From: Octopus sinensis
Lineage: Eukaryota
Assembly: GCF_006345805.1 (NCBI RefSeq)
Contig: NW_021834456.1
Coordinates: forward strand, 1 to 49,668
Length of the DNA stretch: 49,668 nucleotides
Direction of reading: 5' to 3'
Shown: in pieces, positions 14,220-28,002 of the stretch
How the letters are laid out: every line of letters starts with the position of its first letter
Position numbering within the stretch: position 1 is the stretch's first letter
The notes under the pieces: model-generated
Database searches by the model: none
What the model was told of the DNA's origin: nothing
What the model saw: only the letters and a program-made list of their open reading frames with translations
Position numbers and translations under genes: made by a program

Positions 14220-15025
14220 AAAGCAAAAGCAAGGCCATGTAGGGGAACAGGGAGTTATGTACAGGGAGGGTGGTCATACAAAGAGTTCAGGCCATTTCTA
14301 TTCAAGAGAGACTTTGAACCGAGCGGGCGTCGGCATCTTCACTATCTCGTCCGGCAGCTTTTTCCACGGATCCGCAACCCAGACGGAGAAAGCCCCTGAT
14401 GAAATCGTCGCAGATAGAGCTTTTCGGAGTGACCCCACAGCCCACGCTCTGGAGCACGAGTGAAGAACAGCTCTTTTGAGGTTACACTTTCCGCTTATGA
14501 TGTTGGGAGCGAGAATGAGATCACCACAGCGTCGTCGTTTTTCGAGAGAATAAAGATCGAGCGTCTTCAGCCTTTCTTCATAAGACAAATGCTTGAGACA
14601 AAGAACCATGCGGGTAGCCAGCTTCTGGACTCTTTCCAGATGATGCATGTCTTTGAGGAGACAAGGAGAAGAGGCTTGAATCCCGTACTCCAATATGGGT
14701 CTCATATTGAGCATTCCGAATGACCGTAGAATCAAAAACAGAACTCCGCGTGCTTTGTTGGCAGCATGGACGCATTGGGCCGAAGGCGAAAAGGAAGAAT
14801 CCACCAAGATACCCAGGTCCTTTACTTGGTCGGTTTTCTCCATCAGCAGACGACGCGGCTCGAAGTCAAGTTGACTTGCAGAAGAGGAGCCAACAGGCGG
14901 ATGACAGCACTTTGACACGTTCAGACACAGGTCCCATTCGTTTGATCATCTCCAAACTTGGTGGAGGCATCGACGAAGATCATCTATATCACTGTGAGGA
15001 ACGACCAGTTTGAAATCGTCGGCAA
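14220..15025 (-). mobile_element. 5'-truncated CR1-group LINE (end of RT plus 3' UTR)
   Basis: IFADDFKLV..LNVSKC..VKDLGILVDSSFSPSAQCVHAANKARGVL..RPILEYG..LERVQKLATRMV..LSYEERLKTLDLYSLEKRRRCGDLIL. Short (TTTGC)-type tail at about 14220. Confidence 0.9.
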
Positions 15026-15555
15026 ATATACACACATATATGTACATACCTACATATATATGTATGTATACATGCATATATGGGTACAGGACATAAAAAA
15101 TAACTAGGAACATAATAAGAAACAGAAGCATAAAAACAAAAAGATAGAAAAAGAAATTTTGTTTCGAACAATGACAAAAACAAAGATGGAAACGAGACAT
15201 GCAACATAAAGAATATTCACATTCTTCAGTTGTCACTGTTTCTTTCATTCCGCTTTTTCGAAGGCAAGGACAAGACGTGACTCCGTTGAAACAGTTCTTC
15301 CCGTAAAGCAAATTAAATAAAATTTGGGATTTTTTGCGAAGGGTGAAATGGTAACAAGAACAGGACAGTGAGAAGAAACGGTGAGGTCTGTTAAGCAAAG
15401 GCAATTTGTTTTGGCTATCACGTTGTTTTGTCATGTAGTTTTGTCGGTTCGTAGGAGAAACTAATGTTTGGACATGAATGGATTGAGTTACATTTGGTTT
15501 AAGACAGAGGAATAGTACTAGAAGAAGGAAGGTTAACATAAATACATACAAATAT

Positions 15556-15627
<72 letters not shown>

Positions 15628-16398
15628 AGGATAAAATGTTTTTCGAAAAAATACCGTCAAAGTGGCCAGCATATTAAAATACTTCTAAAGGTGAAAGTTA
15701 TAAATATTTTCTTCTGCCCTTCTTTATATTTGTATCCATACATATATATATGCTTAAATACATACACATACACAACATACACACACGCACACACACACAT
15801 ATATATATATATGTGTGTAAACTGGCTGTAATATCTTGAGGCGAAAGGTTGCTTAGCTAACTAACGAAGATTAGGTGCATATACACACATACGCACACAC
15901 ACTTTCGCTCTTACGTACACTCACATATGGAAAGTCTCCTCCCCCATAGGTCTATCTCGGCTGTTGGTCGTGTAGATTATGGTTGGAAGATAATGTCGTG
16001 AGTAGTGTGTCGTCCCACTCGCATCGACAGTGGGATAGCACGCAGTCAGTCTAAACCACTCGACGTCTATATCAAAGAGGTTGAGCCACACACCGCTACA
16101 CCGATATATATATATATATACACTTGCGTTCATACACACTTGTGTTCATTCACTAACACATATACAAAACTGTATGTATGTGTTTACACTTATACATACG
16201 CGTACGCCCCTGGACACATGCATATATAAATATATGCAATCTGTGAGTGGAAGTGTAAAAATATGCAAGACTTTTCTCAAGTTCCATATGTAAATTTGTC
16301 TGTGTTAACTACATCCCAATCACGGAGCCTTGTATCTCCGTTGGAATCTGTCTCTTTCCTCAGTAGAAGACTTCTAATAATTAAAATATAGAAGAGGC

Positions 16399-16465
<67 letters not shown>

Positions 16466-16887
16466 GGCGGATGGTTAGATATGCAAAGACACGTGGGAGT
16501 TGATGCACACACACATTTATATATAAACATCCTTAGTGAAATTCAAATTTTTATGCACAATCAATAGAATTAGTGGGCGAGAAACGTGAAAAAATAATGT
16601 CGGTATTTGCATATGCATATCTGCTCAATAGCTGTCGATGGTCATACAACTTTTCATTGCCTCGGTCCGTCTGGGAAGAAATGTTCCATTGGAAAGTATT
16701 CATAATGTATCCTATTGTTTAACCTGTTAGAAAGTGTCCGTCATTTTATCGACCAAGTTGAAAGGCAACATGAAAGACTACACTGTATATATTCATATCA
16801 ACACACACACATACATACAAACACACATACGTACACACAAACACATTCTCACAGATATAACTACTTATGTGAATATTGACATAAATG

Positions 16888-16930
<43 letters not shown>

Positions 16931-17339
16931 CATACATACTTACACGTATAATATTCCCATTCATATATCGACTTATACTTGTGAATGTCAATCTATCTAT
17001 CTACGTTTCTGTATTTCTGTCTGTCTGTCTCTCTCTGTCTGTAGGTATGTGTCTATTTATCGATCTGTCTATTTACCTGCCAACCTACTTACATACCTCC
17101 GTCCCTCCCTACCTACCTACCTATTGATCTATACGTATGTGTATATATATATGTGTGTGTGTGTGTGTGCTTATGTGTATATGTGTGTGCTTTTGTGAGT
17201 GTGTGTGTATATATGTGAGTGTGCACATATATAGCTAAATATATACAATCAAGTCAGCACTACATACAACGACAGAAACACCGAGGCTTACTAGCGAAAG
17301 AGCTAGCCATTCTCCTAACCATAGAAGATCGCCTGAAAT

Positions 17340-17800
17340 CCTTCCACATCTGCCCCACCCCTTATGTGAACTTAAGGATCATAAACCCAACTTCATTTCC
17401 AATCCCAAACGTCGTTCACGATGTATTATCAGCTGCGATGTTAGAAGGGTAAATGGGGTTAGTCCAGTCGTATTTATTACTGCACCATAGTAATTAATTG
17501 TCTCCTAGATTTCGAAAATGAAGTAGCCTGCATTTTCATCCATGTTGACGTTGCAGATTTCTAATCTCTCCCACTGAAGGTTTCAAATTTTGGCAAGCAA
17601 TTTACCAATATTTGTGACATTGATGTCGGTTTCATCATGAACGCCAGAACGTCAAAGATGTTTTAATAGAATTCCTGCTGGGTGCAGAAAGCTGTGAACG
17701 ACAGTTAACGTAACCACGGGAATATGCCGGAGCCGATATCGCAGAACTCGTCGGGTTATTTATCTTGGACATTCTTAGAAAGCACACCCATATATTTCGG
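17340..17800 (+). mobile_element. Penelope-like element reverse transcriptase relic
   Basis: Decayed motifs in the correct PLE order: ELKDHKPNFISNPK, CIFIHVDVADF*S, FGKQFTNICDIDVGFIMNARTS, NVTTG/YAGADIAELVGLFIL (PLE-type KDHKxNF..NPK, FxxFDIxDFYPS, FDVTMGSYDGAExCELVGL). Confidence 0.8.
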
Positions 17801-17889
17801 CCTTGAACAAAAACACTGGCCTGGCAGTGTGTATGTATATACATACTCTCTTTTACTCTTTCACTTGTTTCAGATGATGGGGGATACAA

Positions 17890-17935
<46 letters not shown>

Positions 17936-17939
<4 letters not shown>

Positions 17940-18094
17940 GACGGGCGTCTTTCAGTTTTCGTCTAACAAATCCACTCAAGGCTTTGGTCGACCCGACGCT
18001 ATAGTAGAAGACACTTGCCCAAGGTGCCACGCAGTGGGACTGAACCCGGAATCATGTGGTTGGTAAGCAAGCTACTTACCACACAGCCACTCCT
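17936..18094 (-). mobile_element. tRNA-derived SINE family B, 5' half
   Basis: Minus strand AGGAGTGGCTGTGTGGTAAGTAGCTTGCTTACCAACCAC..GGGTTCAGTCCCACTGCGTGGCACCTTGGGCAAGTG. Truncated at the internal (TA)n. Confidence 0.9.
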
Positions 18095-18170
18095 ACGACA
18101 TTTTTATATGTATATATATTCATGTAAATTTGTTTACATTTATTCATATTTGTTTCTTTAATCTTATGTA

Positions 18171-18790
18171 CGAGCATAAGCTAAGAATCATACACACTCT
18201 TGTTGAACAATTACATCAGTTTTCGACCTAGCTTCTTTGCTTTTCAATGCACTTCTTCCAGCGGTCCACAAGCTCGCTTATTCCATGCAAGAACATTACC
18301 AGCTGGTCAGGAATCCATGTGTGCACCACTTCCAGTATTCTTCCTCTGTAGCAGATCGTAAAGGTCATTTGAGCAGTGCAAAGAAGCGGTAGCCGGAAGA
18401 GGCGGTATCTGGATAACATGTGGGTTGTTCCAGCGATTCGAAACCAAATTGGTCAATAGTTCCAACAATGTGTGGGGACGTGAAGCGATGTACAACACTA
18501 GAACTCGCTCGGTTTCATAATACATCCCAGGATTTAATGCAAATTGCTGGTTTCAGTTTTTTTGGCCAGTATCACACTGTAGTCTCCACTAGTGACTATA
18601 GACCGCTTTTCCAAGTAATGTTCTTGTACTGACTATTTTACGTCCTACAAAAATGGTTAGCATCACTGCTGGCGATTCCCAGTGCTTCTGCATCATTCTC
18701 TGCATTTTCGATTCTGAATCAAGGTGATCGACCAGGTCTCATATCATTTGACTATATGAAAAATCAAGTCTAATCTCTCATGTCCACATG
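18171..18790 (-). mobile_element. Decayed mariner transposase relic
   Basis: Minus-strand frames give DDMRPGRSP (N-terminal linker), KLKPAI..IDQFGFESLEQP and VHTWIPDQ..FLHGISELVDRWKKCIEKQRS (mariner C-terminus). The end TA|CGAG is TIR-like. Confidence 0.75.
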
Positions 18791-20172
18791 AGAGAACCAT
18801 CCATCCATACATACATACATACATATGTACATACATACGTACATACATATAAAAATACCCTGTTTTTGGTGTTGAAAATTCAATGACGGAGCCTTGGATC
18901 TAGGTTAGAAACCGGTTCATTCTCTACTGGCAAGAAATCTTGAAATAAAGCTGAATAATGACATGTATACATACATACACTTTCATAAAGGCACACACTA
19001 AGCGCAGAGAAAACATTTTTGTGCTTTCATTACACTCTGGCGGCGTTTATGTCAATGTAAACGTAATTGTAATGGTAAATTTAGATGATATCTTAGGCTG
19101 TATGTTTACATTCCATTGTCGTATTTTCATATTAGTAATTCAGACACATTTTTCTTAATATAATTTAAAGCTCTGGGCATGTATATCTTCCGAAATCTTT
19201 GTCAGAAAATAGGAGCAGAGAATGTGTTACGATTAGGTGAAAGTCATACACGTGATATGTATGGAACGTTCTATTTATGAGTTCCACTTTGAAGATATTA
19301 TAATGAGCGAATACATTTTGATGCGCCTTGCGTGTATCTTAGCAACGTTACATATTAGAAATCTTGATGGCAGTTATATTAGATTTATTAGATTGAATGT
19401 TGTATGCCACACACTAGTCCAGAAAAAAAATGGAATTAATAAAAACTTAGAAACATCTTTTGCGTGTCATATGTTGTAGTGCGATTTTAGGAACTTTATA
19501 TTTCATAATTTTTCAAAAATTACAAGGTGCATTCCAGAAGGTTTCAGACTTTTTGAGGAAGAACATTTATTAATTTCAAAGACGCACAGAGCATTCATAT
19601 CCTTCAAAGTTAGGATCCTCTCACTTCAGTGCCTAGTTATTTTGAACTCATAACAAAATACTGATTTATATTTCATCTTTTACTTATTTCAGTCACCAGA
19701 CTGCGGATTTGTTGATTCAATGCCTGCACGAATAATTTTAATCCAAATAATCGACACTAGTATTATTATTATTACTTACTTTTATTTTTGTTCTTGTAAG
19801 ACTAGTACTTATTCCGTTAATACATTTTGCCGAACTGCTAAGATGCGGATTAAATATACCAACACCAGTTGTCAAGCGGCGGGAGGACGACAAAAACAGA
19901 TACAATATATATGTATGTATCCATCTTCCATTGTCTTCAAAGCCCCGCCCCATCCCCCCAAAAACAAAACAAAATCAATGTTCTCTTATAAACAAAATCC
20001 CCCTAAACATCTGTTTTATATAAATAACTAAGATATCTGTATATTCACAGAATTGTATTTGACAAGTTCGAAAGACGAACGAAAGCGCTAATATGAAAAT
20101 GAAGATATATTAATACTAAAAGATCTTTCCAAAATTCTGACAGCTTTTTTTCAACACAAACACACACATATA

Positions 20173-20222
<50 letters not shown>

Positions 20223-20226
20223 ATCT

Positions 20227-20335
20227 TAGGCCGTGACTATAGTAGAAAACACTTACCCAAGTTGGTACATAGTGGAACTGAACCCGATGCCACCTGCTTG
20301 GAACCATTCTACTTTCCACTCAGCCACGCTTAACA
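20227..20335 (-). mobile_element. Degenerate SINE family B 5' fragment
   Basis: CTATAGTAGAAAACACTTACCCAAG..GGAACTGAACCCG..CCACTCAGCCAC aligns to the family B head. Confidence 0.65.
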
Positions 20336-21025
20336 CCACTATGCATTTTTTCTTTTATTTTACTGTTATCTTGGTTGTTCTACCGATCAGAGTTGGCATA
20401 CGAGAAATTTTAGTGGTGCATAATATCAAAACAAAAATCCAATTTTCTTCAGTCTATTATTCGCTATACAAAAAGACACCCGTTTGGGGTTCAAACTTTA
20501 TATTTCTAATATTTTTTCAGAATTTTCCTACTATGCAGATAACCCGTTAAGGCCAAATGTTTTCATTTATAACGTTTGCAAAACTAATTTTCTGAAAGGT
20601 ATGAATAGCAAGGCTATATATCTTGGAAAATCTTTAATCGCTATTGAATAAAACCTTTGTTCCTGTAGGTCCGCTAGGATATCTATTTGAATTCCATAAA
20701 TAAAAAGATACCGATAGCTGAACGAAAATTAGTTGTTTATGGCGTATTATGTTCAGTAGAAACTGAAAATTTTCGGCTGAATACTCAACCACATATATTT
20801 CCATCCGCTCTCTTTAAAGTATACAATGAATTCAATACTTTATTTCGTATATTATCTTGATATCCGAAATATTTATTTATTTACATATTAGTAATCTATT
20901 ATTAGCAGGCAGTTCCAATAAAACACCTATTATTGTTTGTGCATTTCAATGCAGCTATGCACACATTTATGCATTTCTACACATTTATATATTCAACCAT
21001 TAATAAATTTTTACATTTGAACACG

Positions 21026-21085
<60 letters not shown>

Positions 21086-21584
21086 TAGATAGATAGATAG
21101 ATAGATATGTGTGTGTGTGTGTGTGTACAAATATACAAATATATCTTTCATGTATATTGCTTTGATATAAAAATATTTCCAAAACGTTCGGCTTCGCACA
21201 CATAAATCGTATTATTCAACATAATTTATCTTCAGAGCTATAAAGTATCGCATGCAAACAACCAATATCTTAACGCATCTTTTTATTACAAATTTCCTTA
21301 TGATTATTGGTATTATTTGTTACTGAAAACTGGAAAATGCTGTCATGTGATCTTTTGTAACGTTATTCTTGGATATTATACATCATGAGTATTGCACATT
21401 CAACTTGAAATACAAACTAGATATGGTATGAATATTTTCGGCGTTCAAAACAACACAGCCAGTTTAAGTTGGATGTGGAAATTAATATCCGTTATAAAGG
21501 CGCCTTCCGTCTTAAATAGTTGATTTACACTCACCTCTCCACATTTTCCCAACGTCACTCACTGTTTAGTTAGTGTTAAACTAT

Positions 21585-21979
21585 ATCCATCTGACAGACT
21601 TTGACCTGGCATTCATTGTTTGATTGTTGAGCGAAGCGGTCTTCATCCCAGTGCTCGTAGTGGGAGAAGTCCGAAACGTGGTCCTTTGATATTCGTAAGA
21701 CCCGCAGAAGAGAAAGCAGGTCAACCCCTGACACCGAGAGCATCGACGGATGGATGAATGCGCATCCAGGCTCAGCGGTTGCGTAGGAAGTCGGGGACAT
21801 GAAACATGAAGAAAGGGTGAGAGAAATTTGGCGCCAAAGAGTACAACGCGGGTCGCCACCACGCCCTGCCGGAGGCTCGTGGAGCTTTAGGTGTTTTCGC
21901 TCAATAAACACACACAACGCCTGGTCTGGGAATCAAGACCGTGATCCTCCGTTCGCGAGTTCGCTACCCTAACCCCTCC
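21585..21979 (-). mobile_element. SINE family A variant with a different 3' region
   Basis: 21830-21979 aligns with 7410-7575. The part toward 21585 differs from the 7.3-kb copy. Confidence 0.7.
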
Positions 21980-22656
21980 ACGACTGTTGCTGCTGAATAG
22001 CAATTAAACTGAAATGATGAGATGTAACAGTCCCATCCACCGGCAATGACGACATTCAGTCTGCCGGTATAATCTGAGGTGTTTTTAGCTCTGAACATCT
22101 ATACGAGCTGATTTCTCAGGACTATTACTTCTGCTTACGACGTTCAGAATAGCACATCAGAGTTAAGTTTGATGTACAAATTAATATATGTTTACAAGTG
22201 TCGCTTCCTTTCCTAATAGCTACGCTACACTAATCGATTTTTATCACAGATGCAAACCATCAAATTGTTTGTGCAGTTCAGTATATCGTTCTTCATGATT
22301 GAGCTGATATATATTTTGTCGAAACGGAAGGACACAGTGTAAAGTAGATTTCGGTGGTATTTGAAATCCAATTCTGACTATTGATCATTTAAACTAGGAT
22401 TCACTATACGTTCAGAGAGAAGGATGAACAGAATATTACTCAAATGATACCCTACGAATTATACATTGTAAACTAATAGACGTATTAGTCATATCTGGGC
22501 TGACTATAATTATGGATCTGCTTGATTGTGAGGTAACATAGGATAAGCAACGGTGAGAATAACAATAAAATTTATTAAGGCGAATGGATCTATTGCATAA
22601 ACTAGAGCAAGTGATACTTTCCTCTATGAGACTCAGGCAAAACGCTTAGAGGCATT

Positions 22657-23056
22657 CTTCTCTTTGACTCTTTTACTTGTTTCAGTCATTCGACTGCGGC
22701 CATGCTGGAGCACCGTCTTTAGTCGAGCAAATCGACCCCAGGACTTATTCTTTGTAAGCCTATTATTTATTCTATCGGTCTCTTTTGCCGAACCGCTAAG
22801 TTACGGGGACGTAAACACACCAGAATCGGTTGACAAGCGACGTTGGGGGGACAAACACAGACACACAACACCCTTCACACACATATATATATATATACGA
22901 CGGGTTATATTCAGTTTCCGTCTACCAAAATCAACTCAGAAGGCTTTGGTCGGCCCGAGGCTATAGTAGAAGACACTTGGCCAAGGTGACACGCAGTAGG
23001 AGTGAGCCCGGAACCATGTGGTTCGTAAGCAAGCTACTAAGCACACAGCCACTTCT
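22657..23056 (-). mobile_element. SINE family B, full length
   Basis: Head at 23056, internal (CA)/(TA) tract, and the tail TTTTACTTGTTTCAGTCATT.GACTGCGGCCATGCTGGAGCACC shared with other copies. Confidence 0.9.
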
Positions 23057-23059
23057 ACG

Positions 23060-23200
23060 TTCATTTTCATGCTTGGAATTCAAATTTCGCCGAGTTCGAC
23101 TTCCTATTTCTTCCTTTCTGGGTTGATAAAATAAGCACCAGTCGAACTATCTGGTCGATGTAATCGACTCAAACCCTACTCCTAACTGGCTAGCCTTGTT
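23060..23200 (+). mobile_element. Degenerate SINE family C
   Basis: TTCAAATTTCGCCGAGTTCGACTT..GTTGATAAAATAAGCACCAG..GGTCGATGTAATCGAC. Confidence 0.65.
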
Positions 23201-23795
23201 CCAAGATATTTGAGAGTGTAGTGGTTGATACAAGAAGCAGAGAGACACACAACAGTTTATGCAGTATTTACGTAGGTTTCAATATGTCCTGAGTTGAAAT
23301 ATCACCATGGTCAACTTTAACTTTATCCTCTTCAAGTTCCGTAAAAAACATACGTTTCAAGTCCAATGCGAATCCAATGCTGTAACTGTATTATAAATCA
23401 CTATTTCCATACATCTGAAACAAGTGTGAGTGACAGAGAGGGGCCGCTGATAAACGTCATTTACTAATGTATGTCAATCTTTTTGCTATCCTAGCTTAGT
23501 TCCCAACGATGTTTACTCTTTGTATTACTCGTCTAGAAAGTCAAAACTTAAACCTGTTCTGAGTTTGCAATAACCGGCAAAACGTTTTCCCTAAACGTGT
23601 AACTTTTCGTTATTGCTACAAGTAATTTTTGTCGATATATTGTTTGATCCTAGTTACCAATTTAAATGGTAGCTGACTGATTATTAAAAATACTATCTTG
23701 TAATTGCTCCCAATACGAAATATTGTGCACTTAACTGATATATCTACGGATATATATATATATATAACCAAGAAAAAAGCAACAAGAATGGATCG

Positions 23796-23890
23796 GTAGA
23801 TTAGTACAATTGTTTCATACTAAAAACATTTAATTTCAAGCTGCAAATATTACAGAAAATATAATGTCAAGTATTCATCAGCTAAATCAC
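23796..23890 (-). ncRNA. Type I hammerhead ribozyme, long stem II, palindromic stem III
   Basis: GUGAUUUAG-CUGAUGA-AUACU..(58-nt stem II)..AGUAU-GAAA-CAAUUG-UA-CUAAUCUAC. Predicted GUA cleavage after 23805. Stem I is bulged. Confidence 0.7.
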
Positions 23891-24173
23891 ATATAGGTTT
23901 TCCATATATTCTTAGAGAGTGTAAATTCTTAGAGAGTGAGTTCCATGAATTTGAAGTAAGATTCCAAGCAGACTATATATGTTTTCCAACAATACAAACT
24001 TCTTCTTGGAATCTTACTTCAAATTCATGGAACTCACTCCTATAACTTCATAAGGATATTTACACTCTCTAAGACTATATGGAAAACCTATATGTGATTT
24101 AGCTGATGACCTCGGTGGAATTTGAAGTCAGAACGAAATACCACTATGTTAGACGAAATACCACTATGCATTA

Positions 24174-24253
24174 TCTCTATATATATAAACGGCAAAATGT
24201 GTGTGTGTGTGTGTGTGTGCGTGCGTGTTCTTTATACAAATTCACAATTTTTC
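24174..24253 (+). mobile_element. Helitron-like non-autonomous 5' end fragment
   Basis: Begins TCTCTATATATATAAACGGCAAAATG after an A, followed by a (GT) tract and CTTTATACAAAT.CACAATTTTTCA. Homologous to 33050-33120. Confidence 0.4.
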
Positions 24254-24467
24254 ACATTATATTTGCTGTAATATTTGCAGCTTGAAATTAAATGTTTTTA
24301 GTATGAAACAATTGTACTAATCTACCGATCCATTTTTGTTGCTTTTTTCTTGGTTATAATCACACCACATAATTTTATGGTTAATACCATAAAGAATCTT
24401 GGTGCATCTAAGTTAAGTACCATATTCATTTGAAATCTTTTGAATCTTAATTGAATTTGCTGAAATT

Positions 24468-24536
<69 letters not shown>

Positions 24537-26615
24537 CTGCGAAGAATTAAATGTATGTTATAGTTATTTACTCAATGGTCCGTCATGTCCAGTCCTGTCA
24601 ATGCTTTGTTGTTGGGTTTATAATAAGTCTAAAATACGTTCTGGGTCTTAATTTGCGCTTGCTTAAAATTATATTTAAATATTGCTAATATTGTTTTGAT
24701 TTTCTTCCGACACAATGAATTCTTACTGTTTTAAAATTTCACTGCATTAAATATATTAGCAGCAACAACTACAGTTGATTATATTGACTCTAGCAATTAC
24801 TTTGTATCTATATTATAAATAATATTTATGTAGCTGATTATATTACTGATCGAGACTGAATATGATTTAAAACGGCATGCGATTTTGGGATCTAGTATGG
24901 GAAACTCTAGATGTTGAGAACAACGAAATTATATCTTTGACCCAGAACTGTCGCACGGGCAAGAATTACACAGCATGCGGCATTTACTGGAACACTTCGA
25001 TCCTACATTAATTCCTGGATTTAGCTATAATCAAATAATGAATGATTCATTGCAGGAGAAATGTGGACGTCCAAATTCTGAGGTAACTTTTAAGCAGAAA
25101 AAAGCTACCGCCTTGGATTATAGTTATCAAATAGAAAACAGTTGTTGAACGAGTTGCGCTCTCAGCAGATTTCACAACGCTCGTAGTGAATTCACAACAC
25201 AACAAACGGTTAGAGTAAGAAAATTCTGATTGAATAGTAGTTCTGAAGAAGAATAACTAACGTGGAACCAAATTGTCATGGAGGGACCAGTCCTTACAGA
25301 GACAAGATGACACCGTCTCGTTTGTTAAATACTTGACAAGAGACCGTATGTTGTAACTACTGTACTATTTGCATTATCCCAAAAGTTTAATGTTAGCCAT
25401 TTAAAAATACATACAGAAACTGCTATATTCACGTTTGCACATCTGCTTAACACATTTTGATGTGATGAACCCCACTATTCAACGTCATACTTCCTCTTAG
25501 CGTCTGAAAGTATTCCACTTCTTCTGTAAAAAAAAAGTCAGTCACAGGCAACTTTATATAAGCCGCAGGAACTTTTCCTATTTCTACTATTATTCATTTT
25601 CATTCGTGTTTGTATTCTTCTTATGGTTTCTTTCTTGGTTGCATTCAACTTTAAACATGTCAGCTTCATATATAAAGTAATTACTTTGTCTTGTTCGGTA
25701 GTATTTTTATGCGACTGAATTAAAATTTTGTTTAACCTTTCGGCTGTTCGTCTGCTGTATTGTTGCATCAAAGATCTGGACTAGTGTATCTCTTGTTAAT
25801 TTCATATTCAATTCATTTTTTAAAACTTCCCTGTGCATTCTATCACATACATACACACATACACGACAATATGTAATACATACATGCATACACACACTCA
25901 CACACACATAATGTGTATACGCGTGCCTGCGCGCAGTTGCTTATTAAGTTAATTAGTATTATTTCTATAAAGTCTATTGCATTCTTTTTAATCCGGAGGC
26001 GACTTTTAAACATTCAGAGACTTTATTCATTTAGTATTTATGAAGCATTTCAATATCTTAATAATGAATGTATATAGACTTTTTCATATAGGAATCGTGC
26101 TAGTTTTACGTATTTAACCCTAATTTGCAGGTATATGCATCAACGTAACAAAACTAATATAAAAATGGTTATAATATATTCATATATTTCAAACATATAT
26201 ATTTTCAATAAATATATATAATAAATAGCATATAAGGAAATCTCATCTTAAAATGAGGAAAATTACAGACATATAAACTGCAAAATGCATCAAAATGCAG
26301 AAATGAAATTCGAAAAATAAAACGTGAAAATAAAAGGGAAGATTCATTTACACACAAAGGAGCAATTGACCGAGATATAGAATTATTTGATGTGTAATAT
26401 TGATATAGATACCAAGCCAACTACAAAAAATCTTTCACTTAACAGAGATACATATAAATTGTTAAGTTTTATATCGAATGAAACCCGTAACTAAAAGACG
26501 AAAGGAAAAAGGCATGTGAAGAACACAGCCCCTTTATTAATGGTAAACTAACTTTTACATAATGTAACTGGGACCTATCTATCTATCTCTCATTCACTCT
26601 CCCCCTCTTTATATA

Positions 26616-26662
<47 letters not shown>

Positions 26663-27085
26663 ATGTATGCCTGTGTGATACGAATATAGCCATAGAAACA
26701 TGATTTCACCCAGAGTACACGATAGTTATTAAGTTACGTTTGGCTTCGTAAGCATATATAGCCAAAGTAATACGATAACAAAAGTTTGCGTTACAGAAAG
26801 TTACTTGAAGCATAAATAGAACGCCTAAAAAACCACGCACAGAATATTCATTCACATGCTTTGAAATGAATGGATCTTAATAGAGTTGAATATACTCAAA
26901 CGAACACCCCGGAGGATGAGTGGATGAAGTAATTTGGAATATATAATACATAATTACAGACATGCATATATAATAGCAACATGCGTCTGCACATGCTCAT
27001 TTAGCTAAACAATCACACACACACAATATATACACACATATACATATGCATAAATACATTTATATTTATTTACGCAAGCATACAT

Positions 27086-27136
<51 letters not shown>

Positions 27137-27286
27137 ATGTATATCTATGTATATATATATATATATATATATACATACATATATATATGTGTATATATAT
27201 ATATATGTGTGTGTCTATGTATATTATGCAAGTTACTATTTATTCATGTGTATTTTAAATCACTTTATCCATATTACTATATATAT

Positions 27287-27345
<59 letters not shown>

Positions 27346-27956
27346 ACGTACCCAGTTATAATAATAACTATGTATGAATGTGTCAATCTATCCATGTAGG
27401 TGTGTAGTTTGTATGCGTGTTTGAAAGGTTGAACCTTGTTTTTCAAAAGAAGTCTATTCTGTCGGTGAGTTATGAATACTACTGGAATCATATCAATTTA
27501 ATTCAATAAACGATTGCAATACTATGCCTTTCTCCTTTGTACAAAAGTGTTACGTACACGATCCACCAAAATGCATTTTGCAGTGATCTCTTATTGAACT
27601 TATAATATTTTAATCCTTCATGTTCTCGTCTTTTAGTATCAGAAAGTCTTTTAAAGAGATGTAGGCTGTATTTCTTAATTCTATTCTATATGTTATGTGC
27701 ATGACTTTTTTTTATGTTCCTTCCCTCTCTCTGTCACTCTATCCTCCTCCTTGGTTTATCAAGCCAGCATTTAGTGTCAGCAAAATATCTCTTTTTTTAT
27801 TTCTTAGAATAATATGGTGTTCGTAGAGACATAAATACTATGTTCATATATCTATATTAGGATTACTGAGGTTTTGGTTTCTTTATTGAAACGATATATC
27901 TATCTATATATATATATATACACAAAATAAGCAACAATAATAACTCCCGTAATTTG

Positions 27957-27998
<42 letters not shown>

Positions 27999-28002
<4 letters not shown>

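Larger units (their letters stand above)
23762..24358. mobile_element. PLE-type foldback (long inverted duplication) element
   Basis: 23762-23867 pairs with 24254-24358, 23875-23926 with 24058-24109, and 23934-23968 with 24005-24039, with near-perfect complementarity. (TA)n lies at the left flank and about 110 nt beyond the right arm. Confidence 0.85.

Noticed and set aside
12664-15996. Small AG..GT-bounded open segments at about 12664-12729 and 15949-15996
   Set aside because: Too short, unrecognised peptides, and expected by chance in 50 kb.
24946-25082. Possible + strand exon ELSHGQELHSMRHLLEHFDPTLIPGFSYNQIMNDSLQEKCGRPNSE with a GAG|GTAACT donor
   Set aside because: No recognisable homology and no supported neighbouring exons. 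It cannot be distinguished from chance.
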